DNA of 64,000 nucleotides, taken from positions 35,897 through 99,896 of the forward strand of contig CAVBQN010000002.1 in assembly GCA_963597545.1 (NCBI GenBank), given 5' to 3'. Positions 11,511 through 20,761 of the stretch are shown piece after piece. This stretch comes from Fusicatenibacter saccharivorans. GTDB lineage: Bacteria > Bacillota > Negativicutes > Veillonellales > Dialisteraceae. A model generated the notes under the pieces. The model was not told the origin of the DNA. It saw nothing but the letters and a program-made list of their open reading frames with translations, and ran no database searches. The number at the start of each line of letters is the position of its first letter. Positions within the stretch are counted from its first letter, which is position 1. The translations under genes and the position numbers were made by a program.

Positions 11511-11535
11511 TTTGCCGTGATTTTTTATAAAGCCC

Positions 11536-12288
11536 TTATTTCCCAGCCTTTTCATAGATGCTGAGGAAATCCTCGGGTTTGAGGCTTGCACCGCCGATGA
11601 GAGCTCCGTCGATGTCTTTTTCTTTGAGGAAATCAGCGATATTTTCACTCTTGACGGAACCACCGTAGAGGATGCGGATATCGGAGGCGGCTTTCTTGCC
11701 TGCGATGTCCTTCACCGTCTCACGGATGAAGGCACAGACCGCTTCAGCATCTTCGGCTGTCGCAGCCGCTCCGCTGCCGATAGCCCAAATAGGCTCATAG
11801 GCAATGACAAGAGAGCCCACATCCTTCTTATCGATGCCCCCAAGTGCACTGCGGATCTCCGAAGCGATGCGCTCCTCGGTCTGACCATTCTTTCGCTCTT
11901 CTGCTGTTTCGCCGACGCAAAGGATCGGTGTCATGCCATGTTCCTTGACGGCCTTCACCTTGCGCGCGATGAATTCATCGCTCTCGCCCAGGATCTCACG
12001 GCGCTCCGAATGACCGCAGATGACATAGCTACAGCCGAGGCCTTTCAGCATGGCCGGAGATATCTCCCCGGTGAATGCGCCCTTCTCTTCCGGGTACACA
12101 TTCTGCGCCCCCCAACGGACCGAGGTGCGGGCGAGAAAGAAATTCGTCAGCGGCAGGTCAGTGAACGGCGGGCAGATGAGCATTTCCACGCCCTCTTTCT
12201 TCTGCAGTTTGAAATGCTTGAAGAAGACCTCCGCCTCTTCGACCGTGCAGTTCATTTTCCAGTTTCCTGCGATAAGGATCTGTCTCAC
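11536..12288 (-). CDS. tpiA: triosephosphate isomerase
   Basis: AGNWKMN, CGHSERR and AYEPIWAIG motifs. GTG at 12288 has AAGGAG 8 nt upstream and lies 5 nt after the pgk stop. Confidence 0.95.
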   Translation of the reverse strand: MRQILIAGNWKMNCTVEEAEVFFKHFKLQKKEGVEMLICPPFTDLPLTNFFLARTSVRWGAQNVYPEEKGAFTGEISPAMLKGLGCSYVICGHSERREILGESDEFIARKVKAVKEHGMTPILCVGETAEERKNGQTEERIASEIRSALGGIDKKDVGSLVIAYEPIWAIGSGAAATAEDAEAVCAFIRETVKDIAGKKAASDIRILYGGSVKSENIADFLKEKDIDGALIGGASLKPEDFLSIYEKAGK

Positions 12289-12293
12289 GGGGA

Positions 12294-13481
12294 TCACTCC
12301 TTATCCGCCAGGATAGCTACACCCGGAAGGACCATGCCTTCGAGCATTTCCAGTGAAGCGCCGCCGCCGGTAGAGACGTGGGAGAATTTGTCTCCGAGTC
12401 CAAGCTCATCGACGACAGAGGCTGATTCACCGCCGCCGATGACGGTGGTCGCATCGAGATCAGCCATCGCTCTTGCGATGGTGAAGGTGCCTTTCGAGAA
12501 TGGTTTCATTTCAAAAACGCCCATCGGCCCATTCCATACGACAGTCTTCATCTTTTTCAAAGTTTCCACATAGAGCTCGATGGTCTTCGGTCCGATATCG
12601 AGCGCCATCCATGGGTCCTGAAATTCTTCTTTGGAGAGGACCTTGGTATTCGCATCTTCCGCGAAGGCATCGCCTGCCATGAAGTCGACCGGCAGCATGA
12701 TCTCACTGCCCATATCATGGGCCTTCTTCATGAGGTTTCTGGCGAGATCGAAACGATCCTTGTCCTGCAGAGATTTGCCCATGTCGTAGCCTTCCGCTGC
12801 GACGAAGGTATTCGCCATGCCGCCGCCGATCAGGATGACATCGGCTTTTTCCATCAGATTCGCGATGACCTGGATCTTGTCGCTGATCTTCGCGCCGCCG
12901 ATGATGGCAGCGAACGGACGCTCCGGCTTTTCGATCACGCCGTCAAGGAAATCGATCTCCTTCTTGAGAAGCAGTCCGGATACCATCGGCATCAGTTTGC
13001 CGACACCGGCAATGGATGCATGGCTTCTGTGCGATACGCCGAATGCGTCATTGACCGCCAGGTCGCATCCTTCGACCAGAGCTTTTGCAAAGGCCGGATC
13101 ATTCTTTTCTTCTTCTTTATGAAAACGAAGGTTTTCAAGGAGCAGGACTTCGCCCGGTACAAGCGCTTCCTTTTTCTCCTTTGCTTCTTCGCCGATGCAG
13201 TCAGAGGCGAATTTCACATCCATGTGCAGCAGTTCGGAAAGGCGCTTAGCGACCGGCGCAAGAGACAGGTCCGGCTTCACTTCGCCCTTCGGACGGCCCA
13301 TATGGCTCGCAATGACAAGGGCAGCGCCATGGTCAAGAAGCCAGCGCAGCGTCGGCAGGGTCGCCACGATGCGGCGGTCATCGGTGATATGACCTTCCTT
13401 GTCATGCGGCACATTGTAGTCCACGCGGATATAGATGGTCTTGCCTTCCGGTTTCAAATCATAAATGGTCTGCTTATTCAT
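12294..13481 (-). CDS. pgk: phosphoglycerate kinase
   Basis: [16 protein letters not shown] and WNGPMGVFE motifs. ATG at 13481 (MNKQTIYDL) chosen; the ORF-track 5' extension overlaps gap. Confidence 0.96.
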   Translation of the reverse strand: MNKQTIYDLKPEGKTIYIRVDYNVPHDKEGHITDDRRIVATLPTLRWLLDHGAALVIASHMGRPKGEVKPDLSLAPVAKRLSELLHMDVKFASDCIGEEAKEKKEALVPGEVLLLENLRFHKEEEKNDPAFAKALVEGCDLAVNDAFGVSHRSHASIAGVGKLMPMVSGLLLKKEIDFLDGVIEKPERPFAAIIGGAKISDKIQVIANLMEKADVILIGGGMANTFVAAEGYDMGKSLQDKDRFDLARNLMKKAHDMGSEIMLPVDFMAGDAFAEDANTKVLSKEEFQDPWMALDIGPKTIELYVETLKKMKTVVWNGPMGVFEMKPFSKGTFTIARAMADLDATTVIGGGESASVVDELGLGDKFSHVSTGGGASLEMLEGMVLPGVAILADKE

Positions 13482-13483
13482 TC

Positions 13484-14491
13484 TTACAGTCCTTTCGATG
13501 CGACGAATTTGACGAGGTCGATGATTCTCATGGAGTAGCCCCATTCGTTATCATACCAGGCAATGACTTTGACCAGATTTCCTTCCATGACCATGGTGAG
13601 CAGGCTGTCAACGGTGGAGCTGACATCGGTAGTCTTGAAATCGGAAGAAACGAGCGGTTCATCGGTGTAGGCGAGGATGCCTTTCAGTTCGCCTTCTGCC
13701 GCTGCTTTGAGTGCTGCATTGATCTCTTCCTTCGTAGCCGGCTTTTCGATCTCAGCGACGAGGTCGACCAGGGATACATCCGGGGTCGGTACGCGGATCG
13801 CGAGGCCATTCAGCTTGCCCTTGAGTTCCGGAATGACGATGCCGATGGCTTTGGCTGCGCCCGTGGAAGTCGGGATGATATTTTCCGCTGCCGCTCTGCC
13901 GCGTCTGGCATCCTTCTTGTGTGCCTTTTCCAGGATCGCCTGGTCATTCGTGTAGGAATGAACCGTGGTCATCAGGCCGCGGACGATGTGGAATTTTTCA
14001 TTCAGCACTTTGACCACCGGAGCGAGGCAGTTCGTGGTGCAGGAGGCATTGGAAATGATATTGTCCGTTTCCGGATCGTAGGTGTTTTCATTGACGCCCA
14101 TCACGATGGTCGCATCATCATCCTTGCCCGGCGCAGTGATAATGACCTTCTTCACAGTGCCTTTGATGTGCTTGCCGGCACTTTCTTTATCTTTCAGCTT
14201 GCCGGTGGATTCGACGACGATCTCGACGCCGTACTTGCTCCAGTCCAGATGTTCCGGATCGCGGTCAGAGAAGACATGGACTCTCTTGCCGTCAATGATG
14301 AGATCATCGCCATCGATCTTGACGTCCTTGCCAAGTCGGCCATGGACAGTATCATATTTCAGAAGATACTCTGCAGTTTCCACGCCGCTCGGGTTATTGA
14401 TAGCGACCACTTCCAGATCATCTCTATCCAGAAGTCCGCGGAATACCAGTCTGCCAATTCTGCCAAAACCATTGATACCGATCTTTGTCAT
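13484..14491 (-). CDS. gap: type I glyceraldehyde-3-phosphate dehydrogenase
   Basis: MTKIGINGFGRIGR N-terminus and SNASCTTNC active site. ATG at 14491 has AGGAGG upstream; the 403-aa ORF-track extension was rejected. Confidence 0.96.
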   Translation of the reverse strand: MTKIGINGFGRIGRLVFRGLLDRDDLEVVAINNPSGVETAEYLLKYDTVHGRLGKDVKIDGDDLIIDGKRVHVFSDRDPEHLDWSKYGVEIVVESTGKLKDKESAGKHIKGTVKKVIITAPGKDDDATIVMGVNENTYDPETDNIISNASCTTNCLAPVVKVLNEKFHIVRGLMTTVHSYTNDQAILEKAHKKDARRGRAAAENIIPTSTGAAKAIGIVIPELKGKLNGLAIRVPTPDVSLVDLVAEIEKPATKEEINAALKAAAEGELKGILAYTDEPLVSSDFKTTDVSSTVDSLLTMVMEGNLVKVIAWYDNEWGYSMRIIDLVKFVASKGL

Positions 14492-15076
14492 CTTATATAC
14501 CCTCCTGTAACTGAACCTGCTTTTGAAGCAGCTCTTCTGAGGCGCCGCGCAGAGAAACCCCTTCACCGACAGCCTAAAACATGCGGGCTCGATGGGATAT
14601 CTTCTTTCGAACCGCCCGCACTGTAAAACCGATACAAAAACCTCCCGCCCGCTTCCATTTCCCTTGCTCCATACAGAAGAAATCGGGCGAAACATTACGA
14701 CTACAGTATATCACGCCGGCTTTAATACTACAATATCTCTTGCGAGATTTCTATTTAAGTATACTCTTTTAAGTAAAAAGAGTGTCAAATAAATTTTCAG
14801 ATGCCTGCAGGCACCTTGTCCGGGTGAGAAGCTGCGGACCTCACCCCATCGGCTTTCGTTGATCGCGCCGCCATAAGGCGTGATGGGTCGGAGCATGTGC
14901 CTGTCGCTTTCTTCCGCTGTACCTGTCCCCGTCAGCGAAGGCTGCGACCAGTGCATCGCACGATCCCATTCCCAAGGAATCATCAATCTTTCCAAACCCG
15001 TTCATCCTGATTTTCATCCTTTCTTTCCAAAAACGCATTGACCTTTCTATTTCGATGACTTTTTTGAAAGAATTTA

Positions 15077-15116
15077 CCGTTTCTACATTCCATTGTTAGA
15101 AAGAAACGGCTATAAT
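15077..15116 (+). promoter_or_regulatory. inverted repeat abutting a TATAAT box upstream of the fabK-like gene
   Basis: CCGTTTCT (15077-15084) and AGAAACGG (15102-15109) lie immediately before TATAAT (15111-15116). No good -35 was found. Confidence 0.35.
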
Positions 15117-15285
15117 ATGCATAGACAGAATGAAATAGATAAATATGTTCCTCCTCCCGATCATCGGTTCTTTCAATCGTTATGAGGTCTTACTCTTGTC
15201 TTTCAATATGGCAAGAGACCCTCTGTGCCGATCAGGGAGCAGCCGTTACCTTCACTTCTCACTTTTCCCGAAAGGAGTACCCTCT

Positions 15286-16236
15286 ATGTCCTGGAATACA
15301 AAAATCACAAAACTCTTAGGTATCGACTATCCGATCATTCAGGGCGGCATGGCCTACATTTCTGACGGTCTCCTCGCTGCTGCCATGAATCATGCCGGGT
15401 GCGCCGGCGTCATCGGAAGCGGCGGCTTCTCTGTCGATGAGATCCGTGACCACATCCGTCAGGCGAAGGACATCTTAGGCCCGGGCAAATGCTTCGGCGT
15501 GAACCTCATGCTGCAGATGCCGAACAAAGATGATGTCGCGCAGCTCATCTGCGATGAGAAAGTCCCCTTCGTCACCATTGGCGCCGGGAACCCTGTCCCC
15601 TACTTCGACCCGTTCCATCATGCCGGTGTAAAATGCATCCCCGTCGTACCGAATGTCAAGCTCGCCCATCGCGTACAGGACGCAGGCGCCGATGCCCTCG
15701 TCGTCGAAGGCATGGAAGCCGGCGGCCATGACGGCAAGATCACCCTCATGGCTCTTCTCGAAAACGTCCTCCCCGAGATCGAGATCCCGGTCGTCGCAGC
15801 CGGCGGCATCGTAGACGGACGTGCCATCGCTGCGACTCTCATCATGGGTGCCTCCGGCGTACAGATGGGCACGCGTTTCCTTCTCTCCGAAGAATGCCGC
15901 CTCCACCCGAATGCGAAACAAGCCATCATCGACGCTGCCGACACCGACTCCGTCGTGACAGGCTTCACTACCCGAGATACCGTCCGCGGCCTTAGAAATC
16001 CATTTTCTGAAAAATACCTGAAGCTCGAATACAGCGGTGCAGCACAGTCCGAGCTCACCGCCCTCGCCGCTGGAACGAACCGCAAAGCCGTCATCGACGG
16101 TGACACAGAGAACGGCTTCGTCTTAGCCGGCATGTCCCTCACCCACCTCACGAAAGTACAGCCTGTGCAGGAAATCGTAGAAGAACTCGTGAGTGAAGCA
16201 GAAAGAAGACTCGCCGCAGCACCGAAGTTGATTTGA
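15286..16236 (+). CDS. fabK: FabK-like enoyl-ACP reductase II / nitronate monooxygenase-family FMN oxidoreductase
   Basis: IDYPIIQGGMA, VVEGMEAGGH and AAGGIVDGR motifs align closely, from memory, with streptococcal FabK. ATG at 15286 has GAAAGGAG upstream. It is not in a fab cluster, so its exact role is uncertain. Confidence 0.7.
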   Translation: MSWNTKITKLLGIDYPIIQGGMAYISDGLLAAAMNHAGCAGVIGSGGFSVDEIRDHIRQAKDILGPGKCFGVNLMLQMPNKDDVAQLICDEKVPFVTIGAGNPVPYFDPFHHAGVKCIPVVPNVKLAHRVQDAGADALVVEGMEAGGHDGKITLMALLENVLPEIEIPVVAAGGIVDGRAIAATLIMGASGVQMGTRFLLSEECRLHPNAKQAIIDAADTDSVVTGFTTRDTVRGLRNPFSEKYLKLEYSGAAQSELTALAAGTNRKAVIDGDTENGFVLAGMSLTHLTKVQPVQEIVEELVSEAERRLAAAPKLI

Positions 16237-16328
16237 TGTCAAGTGTCAGATGGCAAACGTCTGATATCTGATCTCTGACTTGTTCGTATCCTCCTTTCGG
16301 CTGCCCATGGGACTGCCCGCTCACACGG

Positions 16329-16380
16329 ATCCACATAGAAAAAACTCCATGCCTTCGCATGGAGTTTTTTCTATGTGGAT
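16329..16380. terminator. bidirectional terminator between the convergent fabK-like and TonB receptor genes
   Basis: Perfect 23-bp stem ATCCACATAGAAAAAACTCCATG / CATGGAGTTTTTTCTATGTGGAT with a 6-nt loop. Confidence 0.8.
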
Positions 16381-16500
16381 ATGACCCAGTTTCTCATTCA
16401 TGAATGATACATGATTTCTAGCATGTCTCCCATATTAGCACACAAAAATGGACTCACATCTGCTGCTTAAGGAGACACTGATTGAATAGCCGAATCTGAT

Positions 16501-18672
16501 TTAGAAATCAAAGGAAGCGGACAAGATGAAAGATCTTGGAGAGGAAAGGAGAAGTTTATTGCCCTGACCTGGCTGAAGTGCCCAATAGCTGCGGTTGAAT
16601 ACATTATAACAGCCAGCAGACAAAGTCACAGGCACATCCCCCCAGCTGGTTTTGTATTTTGCAAAGAAATCCACTACGGTAGATGACGGTACTTCTATTT
16701 CGGTTTTATTGGTTCTATTAATAATACCTCTCCCCACATAGTTCATGCGACCCGAAATGCTCCAGTCCGTATTTGGCATATATTCCATTCCCAATACAGC
16801 ACTCCATTTCGCAGAACTATCCGTATGGCAGCCATCATAAGTACCACCTTCTACTTTAGCATTCAGATATTCAAAGCCACCGAAAACATTCCATTTTTTA
16901 GCGATCTGTCCTGTCATGTTGAAGTCGATGCCTTTGTAATGATTCTTACCATCCAGCAAATAGAATGGTTTTGAAAAGCCCTGCTTTTTCACATCCAGAT
17001 ACTGCGGCTGTGTGGTATCAAAATAGGAAATAGCAGCATACATTTTATCCCATTTATATTTCACGCCAACTTCCTTCTGTGTCACTTTCACAGCATCCAG
17101 GATTTCGCCATTATTCTGATACTTTGGTTGGAAAACCGGTACGCCTCTCGTAGTAGATTTTGCATAGGCACCATAGAAAGACAGATTTTCATTTGGCTGA
17201 TAAGAAACACCGAAAGTCGGAGAGAACTGGTTGTCCTTGATTTTATTTCCCGCTTTCTTGCCTCTGTAATTCCCATGACGACGAGTGCCAGCCGCTAAAA
17301 TGGACCATTTTCCTGCTTTCATGGTATCCATGAAATTCAAGCTGGTATCCATTTCCTGGTACATGAACATTTTGCCCAGAGAATAAGCATTGTCAAAATC
17401 ATAAATGGATGGAGCAAAATGAATACCGGAGTAAATATTTCCGGATACATGTTCATTTGGCTGATCGATATGGGTATTGTTGTTATACATAATACGATGG
17501 GAACGATCCACAGAGAATACCAGGTTATGCTCTACAGAGCCCGTATTGACCTTCCATTTCAAGCCAGCCTGCGCATATTTATTTTTCAAGAGGAAATACT
17601 GAGACCAGATTTGTGTATCCTTGATATCGCCCATATCATCAATCGTAATTTGGCTGGAATAAATCATACGTCGATTGGTCATATCATTCAGCCCTGCATT
17701 GAGGAACCAGCTCAAGTTATCATTTATTTTCTGCTCGTGATTTAGGGTCGTCTGCCAGCCATACCAGTCACTGTACATAGCATTAGGATCATCATAACTC
17801 TTGCTAGCATCGGGAGCTTTGGGCAGCCAGCGAGAATTGCGGAGAATTGCAATGCGCCGTTCTGTTCCAGTCAACCGTTCATCCACATAGCCTGCATAGA
17901 AATTGGTTTTGCTTTTTTCCGTTTCTTGAGACACATCTACAGAGATATTGTTCTTCTCTCTTCTGGCTCCGGAAATAGACATCCCGCCTTTATCATGCAT
18001 GCCATATACACGGACGCCCCAAGATCCATCACTTCCCAGTTTGGTACGACTGATATCAAACTGTTCCCCCCAGTCACCATAGCCACTGTTAGACAGAGTC
18101 ATATGATTGAAATCTGCTTCACCGGCCCGTTTGGTGTAGAGGTACACAGATCCAGGCTGCCCACCATCCGGTCCATTATAGGACTGCACAGAACCAGAGA
18201 GCGTCGCTGCAGGTCCTACCAGTACATCTGCCCGATCAATGGTGCTTGTAACTGGCCCAATGCACATGATGTAGAAACCAGGAATATTATTCAAATACAT
18301 GGCAGAACCATTCGCAAGCATGCCACGCATGGAAAAGTCTGTCTTAATCAGCGAAGTCCCGGTGCGAATGGAGGGTACATTGGTGAGCACCTGTCCGATT
18401 TGTCCTGTAGGAGCAGCCATCATTTCGATAGATTTCGCTGAAATGCTCTGGGCCGTATAGGGCACTTTCATAATGTCCTGCTCCCCTGTCAATCCGAAAG
18501 AGGTTTCTTCTCTTTCGAAACCACCAGGCAATGTTTTCGCTTCCACTTGATCTTTCTCTGCGGTGACAATGACTTCGTCCAATGTATTGCTGAATGCAGC
18601 TTGTCCACTGAATCCCCCTGTCAATGCCAATACAGCCGTTAATGCCATAACCAATTTTCTTTTCCCTGTCAT
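16501..18672 (-). CDS. TonB-dependent outer-membrane receptor (siderophore/metal-chelate type)
   Basis: 723 aa. Signal peptide, TonB-box/plug start LDEVIVTAEKD, alternating beta-strand pattern and a C-terminal aromatic residue (SASFDF). AGGAGG RBS. Confidence 0.88.
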   Translation of the reverse strand: MTGKRKLVMALTAVLALTGGFSGQAAFSNTLDEVIVTAEKDQVEAKTLPGGFEREETSFGLTGEQDIMKVPYTAQSISAKSIEMMAAPTGQIGQVLTNVPSIRTGTSLIKTDFSMRGMLANGSAMYLNNIPGFYIMCIGPVTSTIDRADVLVGPAATLSGSVQSYNGPDGGQPGSVYLYTKRAGEADFNHMTLSNSGYGDWGEQFDISRTKLGSDGSWGVRVYGMHDKGGMSISGARREKNNISVDVSQETEKSKTNFYAGYVDERLTGTERRIAILRNSRWLPKAPDASKSYDDPNAMYSDWYGWQTTLNHEQKINDNLSWFLNAGLNDMTNRRMIYSSQITIDDMGDIKDTQIWSQYFLLKNKYAQAGLKWKVNTGSVEHNLVFSVDRSHRIMYNNNTHIDQPNEHVSGNIYSGIHFAPSIYDFDNAYSLGKMFMYQEMDTSLNFMDTMKAGKWSILAAGTRRHGNYRGKKAGNKIKDNQFSPTFGVSYQPNENLSFYGAYAKSTTRGVPVFQPKYQNNGEILDAVKVTQKEVGVKYKWDKMYAAISYFDTTQPQYLDVKKQGFSKPFYLLDGKNHYKGIDFNMTGQIAKKWNVFGGFEYLNAKVEGGTYDGCHTDSSAKWSAVLGMEYMPNTDWSISGRMNYVGRGIINRTNKTEIEVPSSTVVDFFAKYKTSWGDVPVTLSAGCYNVFNRSYWALQPGQGNKLLLSSPRSFILSASFDF

Positions 18673-18753
18673 CCTAGACTCCTCCTATATAATTAATGGA
18701 ATATTTGAGATGAAAATCATTTCACTAAGAATAATGTACTATTTCATTGATGA

Positions 18754-18798
18754 TTTTACAAATTTGAATTATTGAATGAATGATTCAAATTTGTAAAA
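18754..18798. promoter_or_regulatory. 16-bp perfect inverted repeat upstream of the TonB receptor gene (candidate operator)
   Basis: TTTTACAAATTTGAAT (18754-18769) and ATTCAAATTTGTAAAA (18783-18798) flank a 13-nt centre containing TGAATGATTCA. It lies 80-125 nt upstream of the receptor ATG. Confidence 0.5.
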
Positions 18799-18898
18799 GT
18801 ATTATTTCACTACAGGACATCGCCCGACTTTATTATAGTTTGCTAGTAGAAACATAATAACCGTGCTCATCACTTATCTTCCATTTTGTTAACCTATC

Positions 18899-18933
18899 AA
18901 AAAGCAGTAGACCTCTCGTGGTCTACTGCTTTT
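18899..18933 (-). terminator. terminator after the FecE-like ATPase gene
   Basis: AAAAGCAGTAGACC-tctcgt-GGTCTACTGCTTTT, directly abutting the stop codon. Confidence 0.85.
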
Positions 18934-18934
18934 A

Positions 18935-19717
18935 TTAAATAGTGGGGAAACAAATCACCCGCTTGGCTTCTTTGACATAAACCATTTTTACAGGGATCTT
19001 ATACATGTCAGAGAGATGCATTTCATTGATTACTTCTTTTGTCTTACCACAAAGAAGCTGATGATGAATGAGAAGTCCCGTATGATCTCCCAGATACAGG
19101 GCATGGTCAGGCATATGGGTGGTGAGAATCACCGCTATGCCTCTTTCTGCTAATTTTTCTATCATTTGTATGCCCCGGTATTGATTCCCATAGTCGAGAT
19201 GATTCGTAGGTTCATCCATGACGATCATATCTGGCTGCTGCAGAATGGCACGCGCAATGACTGCCTGCCGTTGCTGCCCGCCGGAGAGCGTATTGAAAGG
19301 TTGATCCCTTCTATCATAAATCCCCATCTCTGCCATAATAGTGTCTGCTCTGTCTTCATATTCTTTAGAAGGAGATTGGAATAAGCCCAAATGAGAGGCA
19401 CACCCCAAAAGCACATAATCTTTTAGAGCGAAAGAGTAGGCATTATCCTGCATCTGGGGTACATAAGCGATATGGCTGGTAAAATCACTCCCTGCCTCGA
19501 AGGCATCATATCGATTTCCTTCATCATCTTCAAAGAATACACTGCCTGTCTCAGGATGCAAGAAACCAATGATGCTCCGAAGCAAAGTGGACTTGCCCGC
19601 TCCATTGGCCCCTAGAATGGAAAATATTTCTCCTTTCTTTACCGTAAAAGAAACATTTTCCCATAAATGCTGTCCTTTCTGATACCCAAAGGACAAATTC
19701 TTCACTTCCAGTTTCAT
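18935..19717 (-). CDS. metal-chelate (FecE/BtuD-type) ABC transporter ATP-binding protein
   Basis: Walker A GANGAGKST, signature LSGGQQRQ and Walker B IVMDEPTNHLD. Overlaps the permease stop. Confidence 0.9.
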   Translation of the reverse strand: MKLEVKNLSFGYQKGQHLWENVSFTVKKGEIFSILGANGAGKSTLLRSIIGFLHPETGSVFFEDDEGNRYDAFEAGSDFTSHIAYVPQMQDNAYSFALKDYVLLGCASHLGLFQSPSKEYEDRADTIMAEMGIYDRRDQPFNTLSGGQQRQAVIARAILQQPDMIVMDEPTNHLDYGNQYRGIQMIEKLAERGIAVILTTHMPDHALYLGDHTGLLIHHQLLCGKTKEVINEMHLSDMYKIPVKMVYVKEAKRVICFPTI

Positions 19718-20736
19718 GATAACTTCATCCTCTGCCGTACCAACAAATAGAAATAGAAAGGCGCACCTACCAGGCCGGTCAAAATACTGAGTGGAATTTC
19801 TGCATCCAGTGCTGCTCTGGATAAGGTATCAATAAAAAGAAGAAATAAGGCACCAAGTACCATGGCAATGGGTAATAACTTGCGATTATCCGGTCCTACC
19901 ATCATGCGAGAAAAGTGAGGAATGACCAATCCTACCCAGCCAATGGTCCCGCTGATACAAACGGAACAGGCTGTCAGAATGGTGGCGCAAAGAATCACTG
20001 CATACCGAAGAAATCCATTGTGTTTCCCTAACATATGACTTTCTTCTTCGGATAAGGTCAGAATATTCATACGCCAGCGAATGAGCATCATGAAAATCAT
20101 GCAAAGTAAGATAGGCACTCCGCTAGATAGCAAATTCGTCCAAACCACAGAAACAAGTGACCCCAGCTGCCAATATGTAATAGCAGGCAATTGGGTATCG
20201 CTATCTGCCAGGTACTTTATAATTCCCAAAAGAGAACCCGTGAGGCCACTCACAATAATGCCGGAAAGCACCAGCATAACAATGGAATTTTTCCCTATGA
20301 TGCGTGGAATCGACACCGCCAGGAAAACAGCCAAAAGACCACCGGCAAAAGCACCTCCCTGAACTCCTGCCTGAGAGAATCCCAGGAGAATGCACAAGGA
20401 AGCTCCTACACAAGCACCGGATGACACCCCCAGCATATCTGGTGCCACCAGAGGATTTTTAAATACGCTCTGGTAAGATGCTCCGGATACAGACAAAGCG
20501 GCTCCAATCATCATAGCAGCCAAAGCGCGGGGGAGACGGATTGTATAAATAACACTGCTGGCCTGATTCGACCAATCCTGTACCATTGGATATAGAGGCG
20601 CCAGGATAATTTTCACCACATGAACCGGTGAAATATAATATCTCCCTAGGCTGATACTGCATACCACCATCATCAATAAAGCAAGGAGCAGCAGCAGCAA
20701 GAGGCAATGAAACTTCCTCTCCGTGATCGTATTCAT
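19714..20736 (-). CDS. FecCD-family ABC transporter permease
   Basis: Polytopic membrane protein with GAALSVSGASYQSVFKNPLVAPDMLGVSSGA, typical of the FecCD/BtuC family. ATG at 20736 (GGAG upstream) chosen over the GTG at 20754. Confidence 0.9.
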   Translation of the reverse strand: MNTITERKFHCLLLLLLLALLMMVVCSISLGRYYISPVHVVKIILAPLYPMVQDWSNQASSVIYTIRLPRALAAMMIGAALSVSGASYQSVFKNPLVAPDMLGVSSGACVGASLCILLGFSQAGVQGGAFAGGLLAVFLAVSIPRIIGKNSIVMLVLSGIIVSGLTGSLLGIIKYLADSDTQLPAITYWQLGSLVSVVWTNLLSSGVPILLCMIFMMLIRWRMNILTLSEEESHMLGKHNGFLRYAVILCATILTACSVCISGTIGWVGLVIPHFSRMMVGPDNRKLLPIAMVLGALFLLFIDTLSRAALDAEIPLSILTGLVGAPFYFYLLVRQRMKLS

Positions 20737-20761
20737 AAGATCTCCTTCAAGCACATATCAT

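Noticed and set aside
13484-14695. N-terminally extended ORF-track versions of gap (403 aa), pgk (416 aa), prs (351 aa), rsmH (338 aa), fabK-like (363 aa), the LysR gene, the trmH-family gene, and the sensor gene.
   Set aside because: The extensions have no homology-like sequence, overlap upstream genes or repeat elements, and lack an RBS. Internal starts coincide with canonical protein N-termini and good Shine-Dalgarno sequences.
14800-15040. Calling this segment a ZTP or c-di-GMP-I riboswitch.
   Set aside because: Only short partial matches to remembered consensus cores are present. Key elements (CCGCCTGGGC for ZTP; GGCAAACC and the tetraloop receptor for GEMM-I) are absent, and the gene context (glycolysis) does not fit. 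It is kept only as an unclassified structured region.
18754-18798. Annotating the 16-bp inverted repeat as a Fur box.
   Set aside because: The match to GATAATGATAATCATTATC is weak by eye (only TGAATGATTCA-like). It is reported as a generic candidate operator instead.
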